In this document: in pieces, positions 29,506 through 38,285 of the stretch | Layout of the letters: each line of letters starts with the position of its first letter | How positions within the stretch are numbered: position 1 is the first letter of the stretch | Source: Bacteroidales bacterium | Lineage (GTDB): Bacteria > Bacteroidota > Bacteroidia > Bacteroidales > UBA932 | Length of the DNA: 64,000 bases | NCBI GenBank assembly: GCA_017546125.1 | Contig: JAFYXO010000013.1 | Span: 33,647-97,646 of the forward strand | Reading direction: 5' to 3' | The notes under the pieces: generated by a model | The model's input: the letters and a program-made list of their open reading frames with translations, nothing else | What the model was told of the DNA's origin: nothing | The model's database searches: none | Made by a program: the position numbers and the translations under genes

Positions 29506-30249
29506 ATGAATTTCAGGACTTTCGGTAAAAAAGATGCTCCCGTGCTGATGCTGATCCCTGGATTGGGGGTCTCATTTGAGATATTCACACCTCTGATGAG
29601 GATACTGGAAGATAAGTTCCATATCATAGCTGTGGAGGTGGATGGATTTACATTAGGAAAGCATACCGCATTTACATCGGTAGATGACCAGGCAGGGCAG
29701 GTTATTGGGTATATCAAAGAACAATTTGATGGTAAAATAGAGTGCGCATATGGGCTTTCTCTCGGTGGAAAGATCCTCTCAAGGGTTCTGGAGAGGGGAG
29801 AGGTAGCCATTGGCCATTCGGTTATGGATGCAGCGCCATTGCTCCCCCTTCCTGGGTGGATGGTAAAACCGCTGAGTTATACCCAGGCGGCCAACGTGTG
29901 GAGTTGTTACCATTGGACCAGATTCTGGAGGTGGGTATTTCACTCTCACTATTTTGATGTGCTGCTTGATGAGTGTAGAAAGGTATATCCGTACGGAGGG
30001 GTGCAGGCTGTTCTGGATGGATACGAATCTGTCTATACTAACAGACTGGAATCCATTTCTAATACAGATATCCAATACTGGTATGGAACCAAAGAGATAT
30101 TTGTGGCCAAATATCAGGCCGACCACCTCAGATCGATATGTCCATCAGTCCGGATAGAGATATTCGACAAGATGAACCATGGACAGCTCCTGATAGATCA
30201 TCCGGAGGAGATAGCCAGGAGGATTGAGGAACTTGGGACCGAAGGATAG
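29506..30249 (+). CDS. alpha/beta-fold hydrolase
   Basis: Nucleophile elbow GLSLGG, oxyanion region LIPGLG, and C-terminal NHGQ histidine context. Confidence 0.75.
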   Translation: MNFRTFGKKDAPVLMLIPGLGVSFEIFTPLMRILEDKFHIIAVEVDGFTLGKHTAFTSVDDQAGQVIGYIKEQFDGKIECAYGLSLGGKILSRVLERGEVAIGHSVMDAAPLLPLPGWMVKPLSYTQAANVWSCYHWTRFWRWVFHSHYFDVLLDECRKVYPYGGVQAVLDGYESVYTNRLESISNTDIQYWYGTKEIFVAKYQADHLRSICPSVRIEIFDKMNHGQLLIDHPEEIARRIEELGTEG

Positions 30250-30250
30250 A

Positions 30251-30394
30251 ATGAATAGTCTGTTGTCTGATATTGTTGGAAGCCGTATTCCTGCGCCAAA
30301 TGGTCGCTATCTTTATGATCGGGAGCGTTGGAATAAAGAAATTCAGAAACTTTGTTTTGATAGCATAACTGATGCGATCAATCAAGTCCAATAA
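30251..30394 (+). CDS. possible 47-aa ORF or gene remnant (MNSLLSDIVGSRIPAPNGRYLYDRERWNKEIQKLCFDSITDAINQVQ*)
   Basis: ATG lies 1 nt after the hydrolase stop. Below the ORF-track size cut-off. Its last 21 nt form the left copy of the 23-bp direct repeat. Confidence 0.3.
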   Translation: MNSLLSDIVGSRIPAPNGRYLYDRERWNKEIQKLCFDSITDAINQVQ

Positions 30395-30396
30395 AT
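30374..30396 (+). repeat. left copy of 23-bp direct repeat GCGATCAATCAAGTCCAATAAAT
   Basis: 21/23 identity with 30795-30817. The 15-nt core TCAAGTCCAATAAAT is identical. Confidence 0.8.
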
Positions 30397-30443
30397 TATA
30401 TCTGATATATAGACATCCGAAAGGAGTAGGATGTGACGGGAAG

Positions 30444-30654
30444 AATCTCATCAGTATAGAGGAAGTGAGCGCACTTTGCGTAGAGCGTAAATCGAATGAA
30501 CGGTAAGTCGGTGTGTGGCGAAGCCAATGCCGGACCATGTTTGATGACGTTAGGCGTGCGTAGCACGACTAAAAGGAAGAGTTGTCCGGCAAGCCGACGT
30601 GAGTGAAATGAGTAGCTCGGAGCAATCGGAGCGAGCGTCTATACTGATGAGATT
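30444..30654. other. structured element closed by a perfect 17-bp long-range inverted repeat (candidate ncRNA or non-autonomous mobile-element remnant)
   Basis: AATCTCATCAGTATAGA (30444-30460) pairs perfectly with TCTATACTGATGAGATT (30638-30654). Nested helices inside include GTCGG/CCGAC, TGCCGGAC/GTCCGGCA, TGGC-GAA-GCCA and CGTGC-GTA-GCACG. Confidence 0.5.
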
Positions 30655-30673
30655 ACCCCCCCCAACTGAGATG

Positions 30674-30708
30674 TGACGCAGTGATATGTGGCTTTAGACA
30701 CTGCGTCA
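30674..30708. other. perfect 10-bp hairpin TGACGCAGTG ... CACTGCGTCA
   Basis: Arms at 30674-30683 and 30699-30708, with a 15-nt loop. Confidence 0.6.
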
Positions 30709-30794
30709 TGGCGCTGAATTCGATGAATTAGGCTTGAAACTATGTGTGAGGCAGTGAAAAATGCCCTAAAACAGTGCGTCGCTAATGAAATTTC

Positions 30795-30817
30795 GCAATC
30801 AGTCAAGTCCAATAAAT
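30795..30817 (+). repeat. right copy of 23-bp direct repeat GCAATCAGTCAAGTCCAATAAAT
   Basis: See 30374-30396. Here the reading frame is closed by a TGA 3 codons upstream. Confidence 0.8.
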
Positions 30818-31141
30818 GATGTCCCCAGTATTTCGGGTATGTTTTTTTAATAGCTGTCTCGCATAAGGTGTGCATTTATGTATCAATATTGTAGCTGTGA
30901 CAGTTTTTGGGCAAATAGTGATACGGTGGTGGCCAAATCAGCCTGAAATCATCGGAAATCAATGGGACTGTGTCAAAAAAGCAAGAAAAACTGCTACAGC
31001 TCAAGAAGAATCAGTTCAGCAGGTAAATTCGCACCTATACATAAATATATTCCTCGACGTCCTTGTTGGAGATTTGTTGTTTTCAAAATTGTCCCAGAAA
31101 TGTGCGATAGGGGAGATGTTGTGATTCCAATGGAAATAGCA

Positions 31142-31149
31142 TATCTTTG
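31142..31149 (+). promoter_or_regulatory. candidate -7 box (TAtcTTTG)
   Basis: TAnnTTTG lies 21 nt upstream of the ATG at 31170. Confidence 0.45.
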
Positions 31150-31169
31150 CTAGATAAACTTTTTGAAAA

Positions 31170-31457
31170 ATGAATTTAACCGGACTTCTTGTGGGACTTT
31201 CCACATTTTTGATAATCGGGCTGTTCCACCCACTTGTGGTCAAGGCTGAATATTATATCGGTGTTAAGAGCTGGGTATTGTTTGCTATTGCAGGGGTGGC
31301 CTTTGCGATAGCATCTGTATTGATAGACCATATGATATGTTCAATAATTATGGGTGTAGTGGCCTTCTCCTCATTCTGGAGCATACTGGAGGTTGTACAC
31401 CAGCGTGAGCGTGTACGCAAAGGGTGGTTTCCTGAAGGACCTGGACATAAGAAGTAA
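31170..31457 (+). CDS. small integral membrane protein (DUF4491-like)
   Basis: 95 aa with three hydrophobic helices and a basic C-terminal tail. Confidence 0.65.
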   Translation: MNLTGLLVGLSTFLIIGLFHPLVVKAEYYIGVKSWVLFAIAGVAFAIASVLIDHMICSIIMGVVAFSSFWSILEVVHQRERVRKGWFPEGPGHKK

Positions 31458-31475
31458 ATCTCATACCGCACGATT

Positions 31476-32084
31476 ATGAAACTCTACAGATTTGTACTTG
31501 CTATAATTATAACAGTATCATTTGCTACAGCCACTTATGCCCAGGAAGATAAAGTGATAAAAGGCTTTTCAGGAGGCATGATGCTTCACACAGGATACCA
31601 GTTCGGAGGTGATAATCCATATAATCTCTCTATCAGTAGCCCCACTTTCGGTATTGGAGGGTGTGCAAAAATCCACTTTACAAACCATTTCAGAACAGGA
31701 TTTGAAGGGTATTTTTCTACAGCGCCTATCCATAAAGGGGTCCAGAGCGGAAGTCATAACAAACTTTTCTGGACAGGTGTTCTGGCTGACTGGTTCTGGC
31801 AAGTAGGTAAGTTGATACCATATGTAGGTATTACAGCTGGTGGTGGGATGGAGACATCCTTCTATATGTTTGAGGGGGACAAATACGACTGGGAACTTGA
31901 GCCCAAAGCTGTACTGCACAAGCAGCCGATTTTCGTAGTTGATCCGTATGTGGGGATAGAGTATGCTGTAGGAAAGGCCCTCAGACTTACATTGAAGGCT
32001 GACTGGCTGTTGGCTTTCCATTCAAGTGGTCTCAACTGGCCTATGGGGCCGAGAGTGTACTTCGGCTTTATATTTGCACATTGA
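31476..32084 (+). CDS. outer-membrane beta-barrel protein (porin-family-like)
   Basis: Signal peptide ending ATATYAQ. Alternating aromatic/Gly pattern. C-terminal ...VYFGFIFAH. Confidence 0.7.
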   Translation: MKLYRFVLAIIITVSFATATYAQEDKVIKGFSGGMMLHTGYQFGGDNPYNLSISSPTFGIGGCAKIHFTNHFRTGFEGYFSTAPIHKGVQSGSHNKLFWTGVLADWFWQVGKLIPYVGITAGGGMETSFYMFEGDKYDWELEPKAVLHKQPIFVVDPYVGIEYAVGKALRLTLKADWLLAFHSSGLNWPMGPRVYFGFIFAH

Positions 32085-32120
32085 TAATATCCCTGCGAAT
32101 TTCTCTACACGAAACAGAAC

Positions 32121-32166
32121 CCCATTTACTACAGTAAGTTATTATAGTAAATGGGTTATTGTTTTG
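32121..32166 (+). terminator. intrinsic (probably bidirectional) terminator at the left edge of the low-GC island
   Basis: 11-bp stem CCCATTTACTA / TAGTAAATGGG (32121-32131 and 32145-32155), followed by TTATTGTTTTG. Confidence 0.7.
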
Positions 32167-32183
32167 TTAAATTTGTGTAAATA

Positions 32184-32549
32184 TTAATTTTGAAAATAAC
32201 CTATAGCATATATATTATCACTATCTATAATAATAGTGTACTTATCATGTATCTTAGGAACATTTATATATGTTACAGAGTATGTTTCAGAATTAACGAA
32301 TTCTTCTTTTACTACAGTACCATTGCTGTTTAATATATATATGTTAATATTATCTAGTCCAGCATGGTGGAATTCAATATAATCATCTGATGAATGGAAA
32401 TATGCAGCACATAAGATTATATCTCTAGGTCTTGAAGTTGTTGATTTATCTTCTTTATCTAATATAATTTCTTTTATAGTAATAGCATAGTTTGCTATAG
32501 GTTGTAGAAATAATAAGATCGTAAAAATGAGTAAGGATTTAGTTTTCAT
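32184..32549 (-). CDS. small secreted beta-sandwich protein, DUF3244-like
   Basis: Signal peptide. ~100-aa body with alternating pattern (INIYILNSNGTVVKEE...YTIIIDSDNIYAIGYF) resembling DUF3244 proteins. Confidence 0.65.
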   Translation of the reverse strand: MKTKSLLIFTILLFLQPIANYAITIKEIILDKEDKSTTSRPRDIILCAAYFHSSDDYIEFHHAGLDNINIYILNSNGTVVKEEFVNSETYSVTYINVPKIHDKYTIIIDSDNIYAIGYFQN

Positions 32550-32560
32550 AGTCTAATAAT

Positions 32561-34192
32561 TTATTTAATTATGATGTTTGGGTATAGCTCTGTAAATAAG
32601 TTTTTTAACCATATGTCTAGATTTGTGTCGCTTTGATTAAGGTTCATCTTCTTTCGTAATAGTGAATTGATGTTGTAAACAGTCTTCCTTTTAATTAGAT
32701 ATTTAATGTCTTCTGGATATAAACCAATGATATACAAGCAACAAAAACCGATTTCAGAAGTAGTTAATCCATTGTTTTTAAGTCTTACTACAAACTCCGG
32801 ATATAGAATTGTATATACCAATGCCACATTGTCTATTATGTAGTTTTTATTTTTTTCAATCATTTCTATCTGACTGGCTATTTTTGATATAGAGTCAGGT
32901 TTAGGTGACTCCATAAATGTAGTAAATGAAATTAGTCTATTTTTAAGGTTCTCATTGTCTTTTACTAAGGAGAGAATGTGGTAATACTTCTGCTCAACAA
33001 TCTTCAAGATTCTAAACTCATTATTTATCGCCCAAAGTTTACGCTTATTAACGAACCATTTGATAGATGTATATAGTGAAATTATTGATAATAATGATAT
33101 AAATAAAATACTATACATCTTGATATTTCTCTTTTTTCTCTCCGATAACAGAAATTGATATTCTTTCTGTAGTAATGCAATATTAGATTTATATATGAAT
33201 AAATCTTGCTTGCCGTTTATTTCCGAATAAATTTTACGAGAACGAGAGGCGCCTTTGTAGTCTTCTAAATGTTCTTGTATCTTGGCAAGATTTGAATAAT
33301 ATGAAGCATCGTTAGAGATGTCATTATATTTTGAATACAAATTAATATAATACAATGCATCATCATATTGTTGATTCTTGAGTTTGGCTATAGCTATAGT
33401 CTTCCAATTTATCAGATTATAGTGTGGATAATTATTTATATAACTATTCGTAAATATATCAACTGTACCTGCATGAGCTTTTGTGTATATATAATAGTTT
33501 AATTTTAGATTATGATAGAAGTGAATTTGTTCTATGCTCATATTGTTTATATATTGATCTAATGTGTCTATAGCTATAGAAAGGTTATTGTATCTTTCCA
33601 TCATATTGTTCATTTTACCAATATTGAGGTAACAATATATATAATATGTAGTGTCCCTATCCAGATAAGCGTAGTGTGCTGCTCTTGAAAAAGAATGAAA
33701 GGATTCTTCATGTCTCCATATTTTATGATACATTGCACCTTGAAGACCAGATATCCTTTTTAAAATATTATTGTCAATTTGCAATGTGTCTAATGAAAGA
33801 GCTTTAACTGCACACAACATAGCTTCCTCATAATCTTCTTTATTTTCATAAATCCTTCCAAGATAGTAATATGTATAGGCTTTATCATTCTCAGTCCCAT
33901 GATTAAGGTAGTACTCAACAGCGGGTTTTATAATGCTGTCATGTGTAAGATCAATGTAATTTTTATCAAGGGCTATAGAGTAGAGAAGGGCATATCTCGC
34001 TTTATCTTTTTTAGTGTGTAATGAACTAATGTCTATTTTCTTTAGTTCATTAAGAGCACTATCAGGATTAGTATTAATGTATGACCCTATATTCTCCATG
34101 TTACGAAATTTGGTATGTGTCATCTTACATGAGCAAATAACAAGGGTGGATATGAGAACTAATAGTACTTTCTTTTTCATGTTCAAACTCAT
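32561..34192 (-). CDS. membrane-anchored regulator: lipoprotein signal + TPR-like helical domain + single TM + C-terminal HTH-like domain
   Basis: Lipobox LVICSC. TPR-like repeats (e.g. AYTYYYLGRIYENKEDYEEAMLCAVKAL). TM MYSILFISLLSIISLYTSIKWF flanked by basic residues. C-terminal LTTSEIGFCCLYIIGLYPEDIKYLI... resembles a LuxR/GerE-type HTH. Confidence 0.6.
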   Translation of the reverse strand: MSLNMKKKVLLVLISTLVICSCKMTHTKFRNMENIGSYINTNPDSALNELKKIDISSLHTKKDKARYALLYSIALDKNYIDLTHDSIIKPAVEYYLNHGTENDKAYTYYYLGRIYENKEDYEEAMLCAVKALSLDTLQIDNNILKRISGLQGAMYHKIWRHEESFHSFSRAAHYAYLDRDTTYYIYCYLNIGKMNNMMERYNNLSIAIDTLDQYINNMSIEQIHFYHNLKLNYYIYTKAHAGTVDIFTNSYINNYPHYNLINWKTIAIAKLKNQQYDDALYYINLYSKYNDISNDASYYSNLAKIQEHLEDYKGASRSRKIYSEINGKQDLFIYKSNIALLQKEYQFLLSERKKRNIKMYSILFISLLSIISLYTSIKWFVNKRKLWAINNEFRILKIVEQKYYHILSLVKDNENLKNRLISFTTFMESPKPDSISKIASQIEMIEKNKNYIIDNVALVYTILYPEFVVRLKNNGLTTSEIGFCCLYIIGLYPEDIKYLIKRKTVYNINSLLRKKMNLNQSDTNLDIWLKNLFTELYPNIIIK

Positions 34193-34361
34193 AATTTACT
34201 ACCAAATTTATATAATATTTATTTTTCAAGATTGTATATAAGAGCGTTTTTCACAATATTGAAATAAAATAAACGTAAGTTGCTTATTATTATAGAGATA
34301 GATGTTTAAAAAATGAGATATTTTTTTTCTGACTGAAATGTTTATCAAGTAATTTTGATTA

Positions 34362-34382
34362 AGATTAATTAAGAATTAATCT
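34362..34382. promoter_or_regulatory. 21-bp perfect palindrome AGATTAATT-AAG-AATTAATCT in the divergent island promoter region
   Basis: 9-bp arms with a 3-nt spacer. Ends 32 nt upstream of the ATG at 34415. Confidence 0.45.
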
Positions 34383-34414
34383 AAGTTTTCTGTTTTATCT
34401 TAAATATTAATTGT

Positions 34415-35905
34415 ATGAAAAAAGCTCTATTTTTGATGTTGATCTCTATCGTATCTTGTACTGTTTTAGAGAATGGTACATTTTTAAGTGATGGTATGCA
34501 GAAAGAAATCATAGATGAACCATATTCTTTTGAGACCATTACTGCTACTAATGTATGGAAGCAACATAATACTTTTGAAGAGATGCAAAAAGCATGTCAA
34601 ATTCCACATGAATACCTAGAGAATATGACAACAAGAAGTTTGGTAGAAACATGTATTAAGTATCCTCTCTTTGGTAATTATATGGCGTATAATGATCAGT
34701 TTGATGGAGTAAAAGCTGTCATGGCTGGTTTTAATGGTTTTGAAGAACTTAAATCTAGAGATGATGCTGCGGAAGAGCTATTAAAATATTATGCATCTAT
34801 GGATGTTGAGATTATTGGTGCTCAAACAAAATCTGATGCATATTCTGATTTAGTAAAAGGTAATAGTGTAATGCATGTTGATTTTATGGAACTTGTGTTA
34901 ATGTCAGGAGTATTTCCATCTGTTATTGTTGATAATTCTGATGAATTAAGGAATATAGCAGAGAGTAAATTGCTTTCAAAAATAAATAATAATACCTCAT
35001 TTAGTGATGAAAGTATCTTAAAAACAGGAGTAATTATAGATGTTTTAGATAAAGTCTCAGAAGTTGTTTGTAAAAGTTCAGACTATGTTATAGATACACT
35101 ATATTGGTTTAATGAGTTTAAAAAAAATTATTACAATGGAAATGTCGCACCAAGTGGTGTTTACACAAAAGGAGGTCAGTATATAGAAATTATAAATAGG
35201 GGAGAATTAACAGATGCTGATCTTTTAACAAGGCAGCAATATTTGGTCCGAATATATCCAAATGCTATTATACTATCTGAAGCATCAGATATGTATAATG
35301 GGCATGGGTATGCTTGGCATATGTCTGATGGTGGTTCAGAGTGTTGGATTAATTCTGTAACTATGAGTGAGCCTGATATTATGAATGGAAATATTAGGAA
35401 GTATTGGACAAATGATTATTATTGGCAAACCTATGCGCCGGAGTTTGCCCAAAAAATATTATATGTGAGTGCTTCTGCAAGTGATTGCCATACAGCAGTG
35501 AGATCAAGTGTTGCGGGAAAATATGAATCTAAATGGGGTGGTTTGCCATTAGTAAGACACGAGCCTAACTATTGTCCTTATATCGGAAGTAAACTTTATT
35601 TTACACATAATGTTACTACAGGTTTATTAGTGTGTAGTTCTGGAAATGGTGAGACTAGTGTAGGGGAAAGTAGTGATTACTATCCTGCGCAGGAACCAAG
35701 TACATCTATTGCATATAGAGAGTGGGAGATATTAACAGCAAAGGGAACTAATGCTGTTGAGGATGGTAAAGCGAGTATATCTACTAATGGAAATGTAGCA
35801 ACTATTTCATTTAATTTTCCAGGACTATACCAGATTTTCTATCGATCTTATAACAGCTTAAATTATTTGGTAGGAGAGTATTTCTTTGAGCCTATAGTAG
35901 AATAA
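34415..35905 (+). CDS. lipoprotein of unknown function (496 aa)
   Basis: Lipobox LISIVSC. Helical N-terminal half, a Cys/His/Trp-rich middle region (…DCHTAVRSSVAGKYESKWGGLPLVRHEPNYCPY…) and a C-terminal beta-rich ~90 aa. No family recognised. Confidence 0.75.
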   Translation: MKKALFLMLISIVSCTVLENGTFLSDGMQKEIIDEPYSFETITATNVWKQHNTFEEMQKACQIPHEYLENMTTRSLVETCIKYPLFGNYMAYNDQFDGVKAVMAGFNGFEELKSRDDAAEELLKYYASMDVEIIGAQTKSDAYSDLVKGNSVMHVDFMELVLMSGVFPSVIVDNSDELRNIAESKLLSKINNNTSFSDESILKTGVIIDVLDKVSEVVCKSSDYVIDTLYWFNEFKKNYYNGNVAPSGVYTKGGQYIEIINRGELTDADLLTRQQYLVRIYPNAIILSEASDMYNGHGYAWHMSDGGSECWINSVTMSEPDIMNGNIRKYWTNDYYWQTYAPEFAQKILYVSASASDCHTAVRSSVAGKYESKWGGLPLVRHEPNYCPYIGSKLYFTHNVTTGLLVCSSGNGETSVGESSDYYPAQEPSTSIAYREWEILTAKGTNAVEDGKASISTNGNVATISFNFPGLYQIFYRSYNSLNYLVGEYFFEPIVE

Positions 35906-35930
35906 AATTTCTAGGGAATCAGATAATGTG

Positions 35931-38279
35931 ATGGATATTAGAAGTTTAATAGTATTGATATTGTCTTTTTTATTATCTCTTGTGTCGCTTGCTCAAGAGA
36001 GAGATACCGTGTACAATATCAAGGAAGCTGTGATTTTTAGTGATAGGGGGATGTTGGATATCAAGAGCACTCAATCCAGTTCTACTAAGATCTCAAGGAA
36101 GGAGATTTTTCAGGTGCCTGCTGTTATGGGTGAGGTGGATGTAATTAAGGTATTGCATAGAATTCCAGGCATCTTGTCCACAGGAGACGGACGAGCAGGA
36201 GTGTATGTCAGAGGTGGCGATTATGATCAGAATCAGATAAGGATGGATGGGGCGATATTGTATAATGCAGAACATCTTAAGGGGTTTCTTTCAGCAATCA
36301 ACCCAGATATGGTGGATCAGATGGTGGCTTATAAAGGTGCTTTTCCTTCTCAATATGGAGGGCAACTGTCCAGCATTATAGACATAAAGATGAGAGAAGG
36401 AGATTATCAAGATTTTCATGGTTCATTAAATATGGGTCTGATGTCATCCAAAATACAAGCAGAGGGGCCAATTTGGAAAATGAGAACATCATTCAATATA
36501 GGCGCTCGAGTCTCATATATAAATTTTATAGTGCTCCCTGTTCTGACTAAAATAGCAGACAATTCCAATGCAACCTCTTCATATGTTGATCTGAAGTATT
36601 ATGACATTACAGCCAAATTATCACACAAATTCAGTGACAAGCACAAACTGTCCGGGACCTTTTATATAGGTAAAGATATTCAAGGTGAGTCACCGACACC
36701 ATCAATAAGAGAAGTGGCAGATGGAGGTCTGTATTCATACTATAAAATTGATGAGTTTTCCGGCAGTAAATGGGGGAATATATCGGGCAGTTTGAATTGG
36801 TTATATGCATTAGATGCACAACTAAGTTTTGGGTCCAGTGTGGTGTATAGTGGTTATAACTATAATTTAGACAGCAGGCTTAATACAATTTACAAAGAAG
36901 AGAGTTTCAGTCAAAGAGTCTTATATGAAGCAGAAACTCGTTTAAATCAAAAATCAGACATAGAGAATATGTCTGTAGAATTTTGCTTAAACCACAAAAC
37001 TGCCAATAATGATTTGATGGTAGGGTTTAAAGGTGATTATAGTGTTTTCTGTCCAATCGTGAATTCATATAAAAGGGTATATCAGGAGTTTTATAATAAT
37101 ATTTCAGAGAGCGGTAGACATGTTTCTGAAAGCGTGCTGGATACTGTTTCTGGAAACATACAAAATATTAAATCACTTTCGATGTATGTGCAAGATGATT
37201 TAAGGGTAGCTAATTGGTTAGGTGTAAGTTGTGGTATAAGATATACATTATACTCGGTCCCTAATAAGATGTATCACTCATTTGAGCCTCGTGGCGCTAT
37301 CAGATTCTTGGTTACACCCAATGCATCATTCAAATTGTCATATGCCAGTATGTCGCAAGGAATACACCAGCTTGTGAGCAGTTCACTTTACTCACCATCT
37401 GATATATGGGTACCTATAACTGAGAATATTCCACTTATGCGTGGTAATATATTCAGCGTTTCTTACGAACAGGAGTTTAATAAGGGGTTCAGACTTTCAT
37501 TGGAGGGGTATTACAAACAAATGGCAAATCTTTTAGAATACAAGGAAGGTGCTTCAGCACTATCTGGTCAGGATTGGGAGAAGAGAGTTGTTTTAGGGAA
37601 CGGGTGGGCATATGGATTGGAATTCTTATTGGAGAGGAGTGCTGGTAATACTACAGGATGGATTAATTATACATGGAGTAAGTCTCTTCGTCTTTTTGAT
37701 GGTGTAAATAATGGGGAAAAATATTATAGTCCAAATGATAGAAGGCATAACTTTGGGATACTGTTAAATCATAAATTTGATCATAGGTGGAATGTGTCTT
37801 TATCTTGGACATATCAGACCGGGCGTTTTAGTACCATTCCGGATCAAGTGTATTATTCCGGAAGTAGGGTTTCAGAAATTCTAATTACCCATGACTCTAA
37901 TGAGCATAGAGCATTTCATTATGATTCGTACAGTTTTATTAGATATGATGAGAGAGTTGGGAAGTATGTCGTTGATCATGTTGGACAGTTTGAAGATAAA
38001 TCTGATGATAGTTTTTTCAGAAGATATCTCAGAGTGGATTCTTATACAGAAAAAAATGGATATAAGTTTCCGGATGTGCATAGGTTGGATATTAGTGTGA
38101 ATTACAATATAGAGCATAAATTTGGGAAAAGCGTTTTGAATTTGTCAATATATAATCTGTATAATAGAATGAACATAACATCTGTTTATATGGGTTTTGA
38201 TGAAAATAATAATATAGCTATGAAAGGTTTGTGTCTGCTGCCATTTATGCCTTCGATTAGTTATACGTTTAAATTTTAA
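35931..38279 (+). CDS. TonB-dependent receptor (plug + 22-strand barrel), SusC-unlike
   Basis: Signal peptide. Plug motifs (VIKVLHRIPGI, GVYVRGGDYDQNQIRMDG, FPSQYGGQLSSIIDI). C-terminal ...SISYTFKF ends in aromatic F. No N-terminal CarboxypepD_reg-like extension. Confidence 0.85.
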   Translation: MDIRSLIVLILSFLLSLVSLAQERDTVYNIKEAVIFSDRGMLDIKSTQSSSTKISRKEIFQVPAVMGEVDVIKVLHRIPGILSTGDGRAGVYVRGGDYDQNQIRMDGAILYNAEHLKGFLSAINPDMVDQMVAYKGAFPSQYGGQLSSIIDIKMREGDYQDFHGSLNMGLMSSKIQAEGPIWKMRTSFNIGARVSYINFIVLPVLTKIADNSNATSSYVDLKYYDITAKLSHKFSDKHKLSGTFYIGKDIQGESPTPSIREVADGGLYSYYKIDEFSGSKWGNISGSLNWLYALDAQLSFGSSVVYSGYNYNLDSRLNTIYKEESFSQRVLYEAETRLNQKSDIENMSVEFCLNHKTANNDLMVGFKGDYSVFCPIVNSYKRVYQEFYNNISESGRHVSESVLDTVSGNIQNIKSLSMYVQDDLRVANWLGVSCGIRYTLYSVPNKMYHSFEPRGAIRFLVTPNASFKLSYASMSQGIHQLVSSSLYSPSDIWVPITENIPLMRGNIFSVSYEQEFNKGFRLSLEGYYKQMANLLEYKEGASALSGQDWEKRVVLGNGWAYGLEFLLERSAGNTTGWINYTWSKSLRLFDGVNNGEKYYSPNDRRHNFGILLNHKFDHRWNVSLSWTYQTGRFSTIPDQVYYSGSRVSEILITHDSNEHRAFHYDSYSFIRYDERVGKYVVDHVGQFEDKSDDSFFRRYLRVDSYTEKNGYKFPDVHRLDISVNYNIEHKFGKSVLNLSIYNLYNRMNITSVYMGFDENNNIAMKGLCLLPFMPSISYTFKF

Positions 38280-38285
38280 TGAACA

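Noticed and set aside
30128-31243. ORF-track entries in the 30.1-31.2 kb gap (136, 78, 84, 63 and 75 aa on both strands)
   Set aside because: They overlap one another and the hydrolase gene, and they cross the inverted and direct repeats. Their sequences are Cys/His/Arg-rich and non-protein-like. I treat the region as non-coding or structured.
34193-34414. Possible riboswitch (e.g. cobalamin) upstream of the TonB-receptor operon
   Set aside because: The leader is ~222 nt and extremely AT-rich. I could not find the GC-rich conserved cores expected for cobalamin, TPP or SAM riboswitches.
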